Of a DNA stretch of 64,000 bases, positions 27,571-40,316 are shown in pieces; the first letter of the stretch is position 1, and each line of letters opens with the position of its first letter. The translations under genes and the position numbers were made by a program. The stretch is from assembly GCA_964016885.1 (NCBI GenBank), contig OZ024744.1, positions 68,448,001-68,512,000 of the forward strand, read 5' to 3'. This stretch comes from Eledone cirrhosa (taxonomy: Eukaryota). The notes under the pieces were generated by a model that was given only the letters and a program-made list of their open reading frames with translations, made no database searches and was not told where the DNA came from.

Positions 27571-28139
27571 GGCTGGAGACATGATGTGATGGGCAGGGTG
27601 ATCCACTGGCACCTATGCAAAGTAAACAATTTACCACATTCTGAGAAGTGGTATGAGCATAAGACAGAGTCGGTGATGGAAAACTATCAGGTGAAGGTGC
27701 TTTGGGATTTTAGGATACAGACGGACAAGAAATTAGAACACAATAGGCCTGACCTGGTGGTTTGGGACAAGGGAAAAAGATCGTGCCTGATTGTGGATGT
27801 GGCCTGCCCATTCGACACGAGAGTGCAAGAAAAGGAGAGGGAGAAAATTAACCGATACCAGGACTTAAAGTGGGAGTTAAAAAGGATTTGGAACTACCAT
27901 GAAATCAAGGTCGTCCCGATTGCCATAGGCGCACTAGGTACTATCTCAAAGAGTTTCCAATGATGGTTAAAGAAGATTAGTCCAGCCTTGCTTTTTGGAA
28001 CACTTCAAAAAGCATGCTTGCTGGGAACAGCAAGAACCCTCCGATACGTCCTGAATATCCGATGCTGCAGGTAGCGGCTTGATATTCATTTCAACAAACT
28101 TTCCAGTTAACTAACATCAATGACTGAGACTGACAGAAC
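27569..28139 (+). mobile_element. R4/Dong-clade RLE non-LTR element, 5'-truncated
   Basis: RHD..WYEH..VLWDF..RPDLVV..IVDVACP..EK..YQDL..VVPIAIGALG..LQKACLLGTARTLR (PD-D/ExK restriction-like endonuclease); (TAA)n on both sides. Confidence 0.88.
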
Positions 28140-28177
28140 AATAATAATAATAATAATGATGATGATGATGATGATAA

Positions 28178-28385
28178 TTTTTACTATAAGCACAAGGCCA
28201 GCAATTTGCGAGAAGGGAAAGTCAATTAAATTGTCTTAACTGGTACTTTATTTTATCGACCCCTAAAGGATGAAAGGCACAGCTAACCGGGGTGGGATTT
28301 GAACTCAGAACGTAAAGGGCTGTAACTCTATTCTACAAAGCATAGTGTCTGATGCTCTACCTTTACTGTTAATCCTCAACACACC
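28178..28385 (-). mobile_element. tRNA-SINE
   Basis: Tail, core and B-box; abuts the (AAT)/(GAT)n tract. Confidence 0.75.
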
Positions 28386-28467
28386 AACCCTACAATATAA
28401 TACACACAAACTACAATACACCATACACGAAATTACCGTAAAATAAAGCAATATTTCTTGTGTAGAC

Positions 28468-28592
28468 ATCAGCGGTATCGATCTCTCCGTTGTCATAAAA
28501 GTCTCTGAAGGCCTTGTATATTGTCTCTGATCAGCGGTATCGATCTCTCCGTTGTCATAAAAGTCTCTGAAGGCCTTTTATAGTGTCTTTGA
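28468..28592. repeat. 62-bp tandem duplication
   Basis: ATCAGCGGTATCGATCTCTCCGTTGTCATAAAAGTCTCTGAAGGCCTT.. present twice. Confidence 0.85.
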
Positions 28593-29319
28593 CTCCAAAA
28601 CCTTCTCAATTATGAATAAATACAAAAAAAAAAAGAAACAAAACAACCCATGAAAATGTAACGTGATGTCTATATAAATAAAAGCCCAATCGTGTCCGCC
28701 CGTCCGTGTGTCAGTCCGTTCGTGAGATGAATGAGTTCAAACGAAAGAAGATCGATAGTAAAAATTCTACGTCGAAAAAAATATCAAACAGCATTTCAAT
28801 TTTTGCACAAAGCTCTGTGTGAGTTTCTGTGTGTGTGTGTGTGTGTGTGTGTGCATGGGTGCGTCTGCGCGTGTGTGCGTGTGTGCGTCTGGGTGTGTGT
28901 GCGTCTGGGTGTGTGTGTGCCTGTGTGTGTGTGTGTGAATGCATGAATGCGTAAAAGGAAGGAAGGGGAACGGTGTAGAAATCTATGCTCTCTGTGAGTG
29001 TATGTGTCTCCAAAGGAGAATGAACTGAATATGTCTAGTATTTTAATAAAAATAAGCATTAGTACCATTGACATGGTAAACATAGAAGACATAGTTTTAG
29101 TGTTGTTCATATGTAACTTAATAACAGATACATTAACTATTTACCTTCTCTTACACAACTCTCTTCATACTCCTTCACACACATACACTTCTCTCCCGTT
29201 ACTTATTGCACCTTCCCAGTACAATATCTGAGCTAAACTCTTAACCGAAGGTCACACATATCATTAACATTATCAACTGGATAGTTTACTACATGATATA
29301 TACCCCCTTACAAATCACA

Positions 29320-29601
29320 TCCACCAACAACACCAACACCGCCACCACAACCAACACCAACACCACCTCCACCACCATCAACAACAACACTGCCACCACT
29401 ACCAAACCACCACAACCACCATTACCACCATGTCAATCAAACAACACCTCCACCAACACATCCACCAACAACACCAACACCACCACCACCACCACCACCA
29501 TCACCAGCAACAACACCTCCAACACCACCACCATTATCAACACCACCAGCACCACCACCAACACCAACAACACCACCACCACCACCACCACCACCACCAC
29601 C

Positions 29602-29656
<55 letters not shown>

Positions 29657-29664
29657 CCACCACC

Positions 29665-29710
<46 letters not shown>

Positions 29711-30035
29711 CCACCACTACCACCAACAACAACATCACCACCACCACCACCACCACCACCAACAGCAACATCACTACCACCACCACCACCACCAACAATA
29801 ACAACAACAACATCACCACCCCACCATCACAAACACCACCACCACCAACAACATCACCACCACCAACACCAACAACAACATCACCACTACCACCACCACC
29901 AACAACAACAACATCACCACCACCACGACCACGACCACCACCACCACCACCACCAACAACAACAACACCACCACCAACAACAACAACAACAACACCACCA
30001 CCACCACCAACAACAACATCACCACCACCACGACC

Positions 30036-30066
<31 letters not shown>

Positions 30067-30440
30067 TCACCACCACCACGACCACCACCACCACCACCAC
30101 CACCACCACGCCCAACAACAACAACAACAACATACCACCACCACCACCTTCCACCACCATCAACAACAACAACATCACCACCACCACCAACAACAACAAC
30201 AACATACCACCACCACCACACCACCACCACCACGAACAACAACAACGACAACAACAACAACACCACCACCACCACCACCACCACCACCATCAACAACAAC
30301 AACAACAACATCACCACCATCACCACCACCACCAACAACAACAACAACATACCACCACCACCACCACCCCCAACAACAACAACAACATCATCACCACCAC
30401 CACAACCACCACAAACACCACCATCAACCACAGCAACACT
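29320..30440. repeat. compound (ACC/AAC)n trinucleotide tract
   Basis: Direct reading of the sequence. Confidence 0.95.
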
Positions 30441-30763
30441 CAACCAAAATTCATTTGACGACAACCCAGCAAACACGACTCGAAATTATCTTAGAAAGTT
30501 CTTTTGAAATGGTTCGACAAACAACGGAAACTGTGACACACATTCATAGAAATAAACAAATAAATAACAACAACAAAAATAGGCAATTATAAGACCCACC
30601 ACCCAAACACACATCCAAACACCAGCCTCCCTCCCTCAAAAAAAAAAAAACCCTATAAACTATTATATAAAACAGCAAAATTAATAATAAAAGTAACGGA
30701 AACTGTGACATGTTAAGAACCAACAAACAAACAAACAAAGGTAGTTATTACAACAACAAACCC

Positions 30764-30985
30764 TCGTCGAGGTTAACTTTGCCTTTCATCCTTACGGGGT
30801 CTATAAAATAAAGTACCAGTAATGTACTGACTAATTGCTGGCCTTGTGCCAAATGTAGAAACAGTTATTAGCACAGTTACGCCGAGGTTAACTTTGCCTT
30901 TCTTCCTTACGGGGGTCGATAAAATAAAGTACCAGTAATGTACTGAGTAATTGCTGGCCTTGTGCCAAAAATAGAAACAGTTATT
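30764..30985 (+). mobile_element. two tandem 5'-truncated SINE copies
   Basis: GAGGTTAACTTTGCCTTTC..GGCCTTGTGCCAAA..AGAAACAGTTATT present twice. Confidence 0.8.
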
Positions 30986-31094
30986 ACAACAACAAACAAC
31001 AAATGCGAAAAGCAAGAGAATAAGTGATTATATAAAACAAAACAACAACAATAACTATAAAAAAAAAAAACAACCAAAATATCATTGACTTTCC

Positions 31095-31453
31095 CCACCA
31101 CCACCACCACCATCACCACCGCCACTACCACGATCGCCAACACTACCACAACCACCATCAACAGCACGCCGACGTCCACCATCACCATCACCACCATCAC
31201 CAGCACTACCAGCACCACCACCACTACCACCACCACCACCATCACCATCACCACAACCACCACAACCACCACCATCACCACAACCACCACCATCACCATC
31301 ACCAGCACTACCAGCACCAGCACCACCACCACCACCACCACCATCACCATCACCATCACCACCATCACCAGCACTACCAGCACCAGCACCACCACCACCA
31401 CCACCATCACCACAACCACAACCACCACCATCACCATCACCAGCACTACCAGC

Positions 31454-31484
<31 letters not shown>

Positions 31485-31624
31485 CCATCACCACCACCAC
31501 AACCACCACAACCACCACCATCACCACAACCACCACCATCACCATCACCAGCACTACCAGCACCAGCACCAGCACCACCACCATCACCATCACCATCACC
31601 ACCATCACCAGCACTACCAGCACC

Positions 31625-31655
<31 letters not shown>

Positions 31656-31862
31656 CCACCACCACCACCACCATCACCATCACCAGCACTACCAGCACCA
31701 CCACCACCATCACCACCACCACCATCACCACCACCACAACCACCACCACCACCATCACCATCACCAGCACTACCAGCACCACCACCACCATCACCACAAC
31801 CACCACCATCACCATCACCACCACCACCATCACCACCACCATCACCACCACCAACAACAACA
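31095..31862. repeat. (CAC)n tract with higher-order CACCAGCACTACCAG units
   Basis: Direct reading of the sequence. Confidence 0.95.
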
Positions 31863-32244
31863 CGACTTCATATACCGAGTCAAACGACGAAATTCGTTTT
31901 TCTTTCGTGTGTTGATGCCAAGCATTACATACAACCCATTGAACGTATTCACTAGACCTGCTAGAAATGACAGCCAAAACTCTTTCAAATCATACCCGCA
32001 GCTTTTTTTTTTTTTTTTACAAAAGAATGATTTCCTGTTTTAACTATGGTTACAAAAGAACAATGTGGTCGTGCATATAGTAAACAATATATATACATAT
32101 ATTTATATATATATATGTATATATTTATATAGATGTGTATATGTATATATATATATATATATATCCTTTTCCACCGGCCTTTTCTACGGTTACTTTTTTG
32201 CATGTGTCTTTCACCTGTGTCTTCCCACGATGGGACCTGTACAC

Positions 32245-32694
32245 TTTTCTTCTATTCCTTTCCTAATTTTCCCCTTTTCCCTTCCCCCTTTCTTCCTCTC
32301 TCCTCATATTTTCACCCCTATTGTTCCTCCTTTCCCTCTCTTTCCTTTTCTCTCTCATTTTTTCTCCCCTTTTTTCTCTCTTTCTCTCTCCTTTTCCACC
32401 TGGCCTTTTGATTAATAAAAGGCCTCGGACGCACCCGAACTACACCGATGTCCTGTAATTCAGCGCCGAAACATGGGTTCGGGAAACATTTACAGATGAC
32501 GATGGAAACTCCTTTCTTCCTTTCTCCTCCTGTTCCGTCTTAACCACCATCCTAAACCTTGTTTTTAGTAACCACACAGCTCCTTTCGTTTCATAACGTT
32601 TTGTATTTACCGCTGTGACCCTACCTGCTTTGGTCGATCTGTGTTCCCTCCACACTTTCGCATCAACCCTCCCCTCTCTCTTCCCTTCTCCTCC

Positions 32695-32755
<61 letters not shown>

Positions 32756-33312
32756 ATCCGCTCGGTTTTGATTGTTGACATGTTTACACGTGCCGTGGTG
32801 GCCTCTCTGTCCGCAATCTTTGCGGCACGTTTTTACCACCGTCATAAAAAAAACCCTTCTGGATTATCTCCCTTTCCCTTCTCACATTTGGTTGCCCGTG
32901 TCTCTCTCTCACTTTCCCCTGTCTATGTGAGAGGCAGCACGATTATACCAGCTCTGAGTCGTAGCTGATCACCAGGCTAAAGTCTCCCAGGTTGGCCACA
33001 ACTTACTTTCCCTATTTTGTTCTCCTATTCCTTTCCTAATTTTTCCTCTTTTCCCTTCCCCATTTCTTCCTCCCCCCCCCTGTTTTTCCTCCTTTCCCTC
33101 TCTTTCCTTTTCTCTCTCCTTTTTTCTCCCCTTTTTTTCTCTCTTTCTCTCTCCTTTTCTACCTGGCCTTTTGATTCTCACCCGAACTACACCGATGTCC
33201 TGTAATTCAACGCCGAAACATCGGTTCGGGAAGCATTTACAGCTGACGATGGAAACTCCTTCCTTCTATTTATCCTCCTGTTCCGTCCTAACCACCATCC
33301 TAAACCTTGTTT
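32245..33312. repeat. ~310-bp direct repeat pair (32245-32563 and 33015-33312), pLTR-like
   Basis: Both copies share a pyrimidine tract and CACCCGAACTACACCGATGTCCTGTAATTC..GAAACAT..GGTTCGGGAA..CCTAAACCTTGTTT. Confidence 0.75.
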
Positions 33313-33314
33313 CA

Positions 33315-33387
<73 letters not shown>

Positions 33388-33589
33388 CGAAGGAAGTGTG
33401 GTAAGGACCCAGATAGACCATAACACACCAGAGTACTCAATACTTAGAGTAGTAGAGTGGGTAATAGGAAAATATTTGACCCCGACAGCAGAGCTCAAGC
33501 CGTTTCGACGGCTATTTCTGGACGTCGAAACGGCTTGAGCTCTGCCGTCGGGGTCAAACATTTTCCTATATATCTCTCTATATATATAC

Positions 33590-34530
33590 CAATGATATTA
33601 ATAAATGGAAACTATATTTATAAAACCATATTTATTCTATTATATATATATTTCAACGTTGGTACGCTCTCATCAGATGAAATACAAAGTTTGTTTTATA
33701 AATATTGACATATCCAGGAAGGAGATCTTAACAGTCCAAGTTTTTTCTTGGATAGTAAAAGAAAAGAGGGGAAATAGAGGAGAAGTCAAATATTTCAAAT
33801 TATTAAGATGAATATGCAAATGAGGTTGAGATATAGGGCTGAAAAAAACGTTATTTTTGGACGCTAGGTAGATTTAAATAATTATTAGGATATATATATG
33901 TATGTGTAGGAAGAAGAAGAAAGAGAAAGAAAGAAAAGCTCGTATTTACGTGAATTTAAAAAGAATTAACAGTGTAAAATCAACATCCTTCGTAACTCAT
34001 ATTAGAAATGTAAACAATTAATACGTGTGTTTTATAATACTTATACTTGCACACTTATTAATCTATATAGATATTTATATACCTGTTGCAATATAATAAG
34101 ATAAAATGTACTTACAACCATAAATCTTCATATAATCTAATTGATTATATATATAATATTATAACTCATAATATAGCTATATATTTTTTTTAAATTCTGG
34201 AATCATATTCCACCATTCCTACAAACTGTTAATTCTTTTTTAAATTTACATAAATACAAGCTTTTCTTTCTTTCTCTTTCTTCTTCCTACACCATACATA
34301 TATACTAATAATTATTTAAATCTACCTAGCGTCCTCTCTTTACCCTCTTTCCTTTTGCTATCCAGGAAAAACTTGAACTGTTAAGATCTCTTTCCTGCAT
34401 ATGTCAATATTTATAAAACAAACTTTGTATTAATATCTGATGAGAGCGTACCAATGTGTTTGTACCCTTGAAATATATATAATAGAATAAATATGGTTTT
34501 ATAAATATAGTTTCCATTTATTACTATCAT
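33590..34530. repeat. large inverted repeat with a hammerhead motif in each arm
   Basis: 33590-33790 mirrors 34335-34530 and 33858-33945 mirrors 34258-34334. CTGATGAGAGCGTACC..GAAATATATA occurs at 34437 (+) and near 33676 (-). Confidence 0.8.
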
Positions 34531-34952
34531 TGATATTATACTCCAGAAAACATGTCGAGTGCTTCGAATCAGTTATAAATATATATATATTTAGAAATGT
34601 AAGCTATCGCCGTATTTGGACTAAAGAAATTAAAGAAATTATTTAGCCTGATAGTGGGGTTAAGAACCCTCGGAGAAATGGAAAAATATGAATATTGACG
34701 GAAAATATTCTTACTTAATATATATATTTGTTGGATTACCAACAAATTAAATATCCCTTTTGCTTATATATATATATATATATAATAATTGAATATAAAA
34801 GAAAGACGAACACAGATATATGTGTTCAAATCGTAAGGGACCAGATTCGCTAAAGTGAAAAGAATACTAACTATTAACAATAGTGTTTGCCACACTCAAT
34901 TTAAGAATTAATCAAGAAAATAAATACAAACTGGAATTGTGGTAACTACCAA

Positions 34953-35033
34953 TCACCCAGACAGCTTTTGGTACTGCTGTTTCGCAAAATTAATTGTCAA
35001 TAGGAATGCCAATTCTTGCTCATCAGTGGGTGA
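34953..35033 (-). ncRNA. complete type I hammerhead ribozyme
   Basis: Stem I UCACCCA/UGGGUGA, CUGAUGA, stem II GCAAGA../..UUUUGC, GAA, stem III ACAGC/GCUGU, GUC cleavage triplet. Confidence 0.85.
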
Positions 35034-35375
35034 AGAATTAGTATCCTAGACATTTCTAAGTATATTAAGAAACTGAATAGTGTGCGTATATATAACAACG
35101 CACATGGTATCTGAACTTAGCGCGTCTCACAAACTTACACCACTAAAAATAGCACCCAGGTTTATTCGACATTTGAATTAGCTCAACAAATTAACGGAGA
35201 CGAATATATCAAAGGTATATATTGAGTTAGAAACTCAAAATAGTCTCTTACAATAAAATAGCTCTAGGAAATAGATTTTTACGAGCCGTTATTATAATTG
35301 AATATAATTGCAAGAGACTATATATATATTGTAAGAGACTATTTTGAGTTTCTAACTCAATATATACCTTTCAAA

Positions 35376-35895
35376 GACAGTCGCAAAGGTTGAGGAAAAC
35401 ATGCGTAAAGATCGGCGGATCACTCTCGATGCTCACTGCATTTTGGTTCCTGAGGTTTCCCGAAGCACCATCCACAGGATTTTAACAGAAAAATTGCGAC
35501 TGTCTCGTCGGAAATTGACGGTCTCCCGCTCCTTTGTCCGTCGTGAATTTTAGTACGACCAGCTGTAAACTCTCTACACCACTTGCGAACGTTTTTGACA
35601 TCCATGCACGACTGTCCATACACTTCCGTCAATTGGCGATGAATTTCAATCGGTTCAACGCCTTTTGCGTTCAAAAACCGAATAACTGCGCGAACTTCGC
35701 ACTTGGCGGTAGCGTTCAACGGGAGCTCCATTCTCAACGGCTGCCAAGCCAAGATTGAGCATCCCAGCGAAGCGCGCGCATGCTTGTTTGGGAGTGAAGG
35801 AAACACCAATCACAACAGTGTTGCCAACACCCGTACGAACAGTTTCTCTGCGTCCCCATCGCTTTGGAGACCTTATTTTGGGGATTACACTCGTA
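35376..35895 (-). mobile_element. mariner-type DNA transposon 5' relic (TIR plus N-terminal HTH), internally inverted
   Basis: TA-CGAGTG TIR start; EVRAVIRFLNAKG..EIHRQLTEVYG..VRKWCREF.AGR..HD..RSGRPS. Confidence 0.85.
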
Positions 35896-35997
35896 TATAT
35901 ATATATATGTGTAAAAGGTAAACAGAAATAACAACACAATCGGTACAGTATATGGAAGGGATATATTAGGTTAACGCTTGATATAGCAAGAAGAGGG

Positions 35998-36033
35998 TCT
36001 TAACGTTTCGGACGCTAGTCTTTCATCAGAAGA
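35998..36033 (-). ncRNA. minimal type I hammerhead motif
   Basis: UCUU-CUGAUGA-AAGAC-UAGC-GUCC-GAA-ACGU-U-AAGA. Confidence 0.65.
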
Positions 36034-36221
36034 AAGAATGAGAAATATATATATCTAGTAGGTTTGGAAAAGCTATCTGAAGAGCTATATCTTTCCATTG
36101 GAAATTCTCTGAATTTCCAATCTTTTGATCAGCGAAACCGTCTGTCATGGCACTAGAAGAGGTAAATATTTAAATTGTATTTTAATTAATTTAAAAGATT
36201 GTTTAATGTTTGCTTGTTCCG

Positions 36222-36288
<67 letters not shown>

Positions 36289-36559
36289 TGTTATACTTTG
36301 GGAGGGTCATGGTATCAATAAAAACATACGCACCTGGTATTTTTCACTTCAATTCATTACAAATTTCGAGTTGGTTGCTTCAATCACCGGATGGTTGTTT
36401 ATATGCTGTCAAATCTCTTTTGTCACACATTCTGTGATCACCTCAGTGACTGACTTCTTATTTTGTGTCCCTCCTTCGTTCCGTCCTAACCGTCAAGTGC
36501 GTGTGTTTTTATTGGCAACATAACCCTTCCAAAGTATAAAAATTTCAGTTTCAACACAT

Positions 36560-37715
36560 GTTGTGGGGTGACCATAACTGTGAGCAATAGATTAGTCTCT
36601 TATGCTGAATGTTCTCAGAATTCAACCTACCAGTCGACTGTACATTGCTGTCATTTTGGTGATGTGTGCATGAAACAATGTATCATTGCTCGTGTTCATA
36701 GCCAGATGCTATATTGATTTTGAGTCGGGGATGTCCATTCAGTGTACCTTTGTTGTGGTGGTCCTATGTTTGTGGGTTGATAGCAGAAGGCTTGAAACTT
36801 ATCTGCATTAAATTACATATTGTGTTTTTTCAGCCCATCTGTATATGGCATCTAAATTCTGTTGTGAGAGAGTAGCATCAACTGGTTTCTTAATTGTCTG
36901 TGCTACTTTCATGTTATCTGCATAGCTTGTGAGAAAGGCTATCCGTATTACAGAGCGTATGACTGAGAGAGCTACCACAAACATTAAGACAGTTCCCTGG
37001 GGCATGCCGCTTGTTATTGACGTTTCCCTTGAGTTGGCTGCAACGTTCTGGCTTCTGTCATGAAGTCATGAAGCCGTTCACCTAGTTTTCTAGCTATGCC
37101 AGAGCTACATAATTTGTGACATATTCCATAATCAACCTTGTCGAAGACCTTCACAAGATCGAGATATATGATATCGGTTCTCGAGCAGTCTCGCAGATGT
37201 TTGAGTATCCAATCATAATGCTGTAAGAGGTGCGTAAGACAACTTCTACCTGGGTGAAAGCCATGCTGAATGTCAGTTAGAAGATCATTTTCCTCTAGAA
37301 AAGTTATCAGTTTCCTTCTGATGATTCGTTCCATGACTTTGCTGATATATGAGGTCAGGGAGACAGGTCTGTAGTTTTATCATCTCTGCTTCCTTCTTTA
37401 TGAATAGGACATATTATGTCTTCTTTTAGTTTTCCGGGTAGTTTACCATTTGCCAGTGATCTTTGGAAGGGACCTGCAGTGTTTTGCTAATGTTCGATTG
37501 CATATTTTTAGGAGGATTGCTGGGAAAGCATCAGGGCCAACTCCCGAATTTGGTCTCATTTCGTCAAGGGCAGATATTAGATCTTTCACCTTTAGAGCTA
37601 TGTGGGTCGTGGTTTCCATTTCTCCGTGTAATGTGGTTGTGCTGAAGAACTCATCTGGCTTATTTATTTTCACGTGACTCATTGGAGGTGTGATAACACT
37701 TTTATATTGTTCAGT
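36560..37715 (-). mobile_element. CR1/L2-group LINE reverse transcriptase fragment, decayed
   Basis: GPDAFPAILLK, YRPVSLTS..KVMERII, QHGFHPGRSCLT, YLDLVKVFDKV, PQGTVL, YADN. Confidence 0.85.
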
Positions 37716-37962
37716 GCTTCACTAATCTCTTAGGAGTCTGCGGTATATATAATTTAATATAACAATTACTTCTACATGACTAGAACTGTTTCATTCATAT
37801 GGAATCACCAGGGATTCCTAATGATTTCATACAAATGAAACAGTTCTAGTCCTGTAGAAGTAATATTTATATTAAAAAAAAACATATACTCTACCAAGGA
37901 AATGAGTACCTTTTTAACTGTGGTTACCCCCTAACACAACTCAAGAATCTACGCACATACAC

Positions 37963-38013
<51 letters not shown>

Positions 38014-38082
38014 TATAGAACCTAATAAACTTTTATTTGTCTGCCTCTCTGTTTTGTTCCCGTATAAATTTGCACTATATAT

Positions 38083-38123
<41 letters not shown>

Positions 38124-38324
38124 AACCAGTAAGACCCCGACAGCTGAGCTCAAGCCGTTTCGACGGCTAATTCTGGACCAGAATTCTGGACCAGAATTAG
38201 CCGTCGAAACGGCTTGAGCTCAGCTGTCGGGGTCTTACTGGTTCCTATTACCCACTCTACTACCTCAAGTATTGAGTACTTTGGTGCGTTATGGTCCACC
38301 TGGTTCCTTACCACATTTCCTTCG

Positions 38325-38369
<45 letters not shown>

Positions 38370-38380
<11 letters not shown>

Positions 38381-38806
38381 CATAAATCATGTCCTTAGAA
38401 TTATTAGATAAAATATATACCATTTCGTCTCCCAATTAGCATAATTAACCATATAAAAAATCAATTAGACGAGGCTATAAGAATAAAGGCTCCTATGAAG
38501 AAATATTTGATAAATAACCGAAAGCGGCATCTTCGCGGTTGACCCCAATTAGGTATAAATTTATACCTAATTGTGTATGGTTGCCGGTATATTTAGTCAG
38601 TTTCTACATGCTGTTGAAATGTTGGGTAAATACCCTATTGGGGTCAACCGCGAAGAGGCCGCTTTCGGTTATTTATCAAATATTTCTTCATAGGAGCCTT
38701 TATTCTTATAGCCTGGTCTAATTGATTTTTTATATGGTTAATTTTGGTAATTGGGAGACGAAATGGTATATATTTTATCTAATAATTCTAAGGACATGAT
38801 TTATGA
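38370..38806. repeat. inverted repeat with ~185-bp arms
   Basis: TCATAAATCATGTCCTTAG.. / ..CTAAGGACATGATTTATGA; the arms are nearly identical. Confidence 0.9.
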
Positions 38807-38902
38807 TATATTGCTCTGATTATTTAATTTATTAATTCTTCATTGAGCCACAACGTGACCGGTTGCCACATATATATCTGTGACTTTATGTATATGTAAA
38901 TC

Positions 38903-38949
<47 letters not shown>

Positions 38950-39039
38950 TTTTACTCTTTTACCTGTTTAAGCCATCCGGCTGAGGCCATGCTGGGGCAC
39001 CGCCCTTGTTGCTACACATTTTATTTCCAGCCTGTATAG

Positions 39040-39258
39040 GTTGACCACTGGTGTAAGAGGGAGTTTGTTACTGCTGCCCTTAGGTTTCCATCGTGCCTTG
39101 CTATGGGCTCATCCGGGATGCTGGATAGCAAGGTGTCGAGATGTTTCTTGAAGACATCCACCTCCACGTCATGCAAATCTCTCAGATCCCTCGGCAGCTT
39201 GTTGAAGAGTTGAGGGTCCTTGAATCCCAGGCTATTGCAATACCTGCTCCTTATTCTA
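39040..39258 (-). mobile_element. CR1-group LINE ORF2 C-terminal fragment
   Basis: RSRYCNSLGFKDPQLFNKLPRDLRD..VFKKHLDTLLSSIPDEP. Confidence 0.65.
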
Positions 39259-39924
39259 AATATAAGTGAAGAATAACATGGTCAACATTATAAACACTAT
39301 CTTTAGTGTTTAGCAATTTTTAAACTACTGTATCATAGAAACAATTGTCAGACTGAAAATAAATCTCCTTGTTTATAATGTTGACCATGTTATTTTTCAC
39401 TTTTTTTTTTATTACTCCAAGATATACTTACATGGGAAAACAAGTGAAGTCATTTACTCGTCACCCACGCAAACCTCTTGTTGAGCCACAGAGCACCGTA
39501 GTACGCTTAAACTATCCATCATAAGTAGTTTTCACAAACTCTTATCCGATTACCTTTAACGATATATTGTTACCCTCTCTCTCTCTATATATATTTATAT
39601 ATATGTATCCAATCCAATCCAGGGTCTTGGTTGACTTCCACCATTTTCTGTTTGGTCATGTCAGAGGTGAAGCCACACTCACCACGCTTGGCCAATTGTG
39701 GGTTGGTGAAATTATTTAACCCATGGCTGGATGACCGTTGACTCTGAGGAGTTCATCCGCCCTTTTAATAGATCTTTTTTGTGTGTGCGGCTGTGGTTTT
39801 ACTTTTGCTCCTTACCAGACAAGTGTCTGGTGGTGGAGACGGTTTAGTCCACCGACTATGAAGCAGGTTGTAATTGGTTATATGATACCAGAAGCACCTA
39901 GAAACCTATTTGATCTCTCCCCCC

Positions 39925-39987
<63 letters not shown>

Positions 39988-40316
39988 AACTTTATCTCTC
40001 TCTCTCTCTATCTCTATCTCTATCTCTCTCCCCCCTCTCTCTCTCAATATATATATATATAGAGAGAGAGATAGATAGATAGATAGATGGATATGTTTCT
40101 TTATTAGCCACAGGGGCACAAAAGAAGGGGGAAGTTTACATACAATAAAAACGTGTAAAATATTAACACAAATGCAAATTAAAAATTAGTCGATTTTCCC
40201 CAATAGGGGGAGACAGTTCATATGGGTAACTCATACCCCCGAAAAAATGTGCAACCCTCATCTCCAGGAGTAAGAAAAGTTTGTATTCCTTTCCTCTCCT
40301 CCTCCTTTTCCTCAAC

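Noticed and set aside
29293-30507. 404-aa Thr/Pro/Asn-rich ORF resembling a mucin or extensin
   Set aside because: Pure (ACC/AAC)n expansion that is open in several frames on both strands, with no domain or splice context.
30907-31977. Poly-Val and poly-Thr ORFs
   Set aside because: Translations of a (CAC)n tract.
33813-33824. Octamer ATGCAAAT motifs (also near 50126 and 50827)
   Set aside because: Expected by chance in AT-rich DNA, with no snRNA or promoter context.
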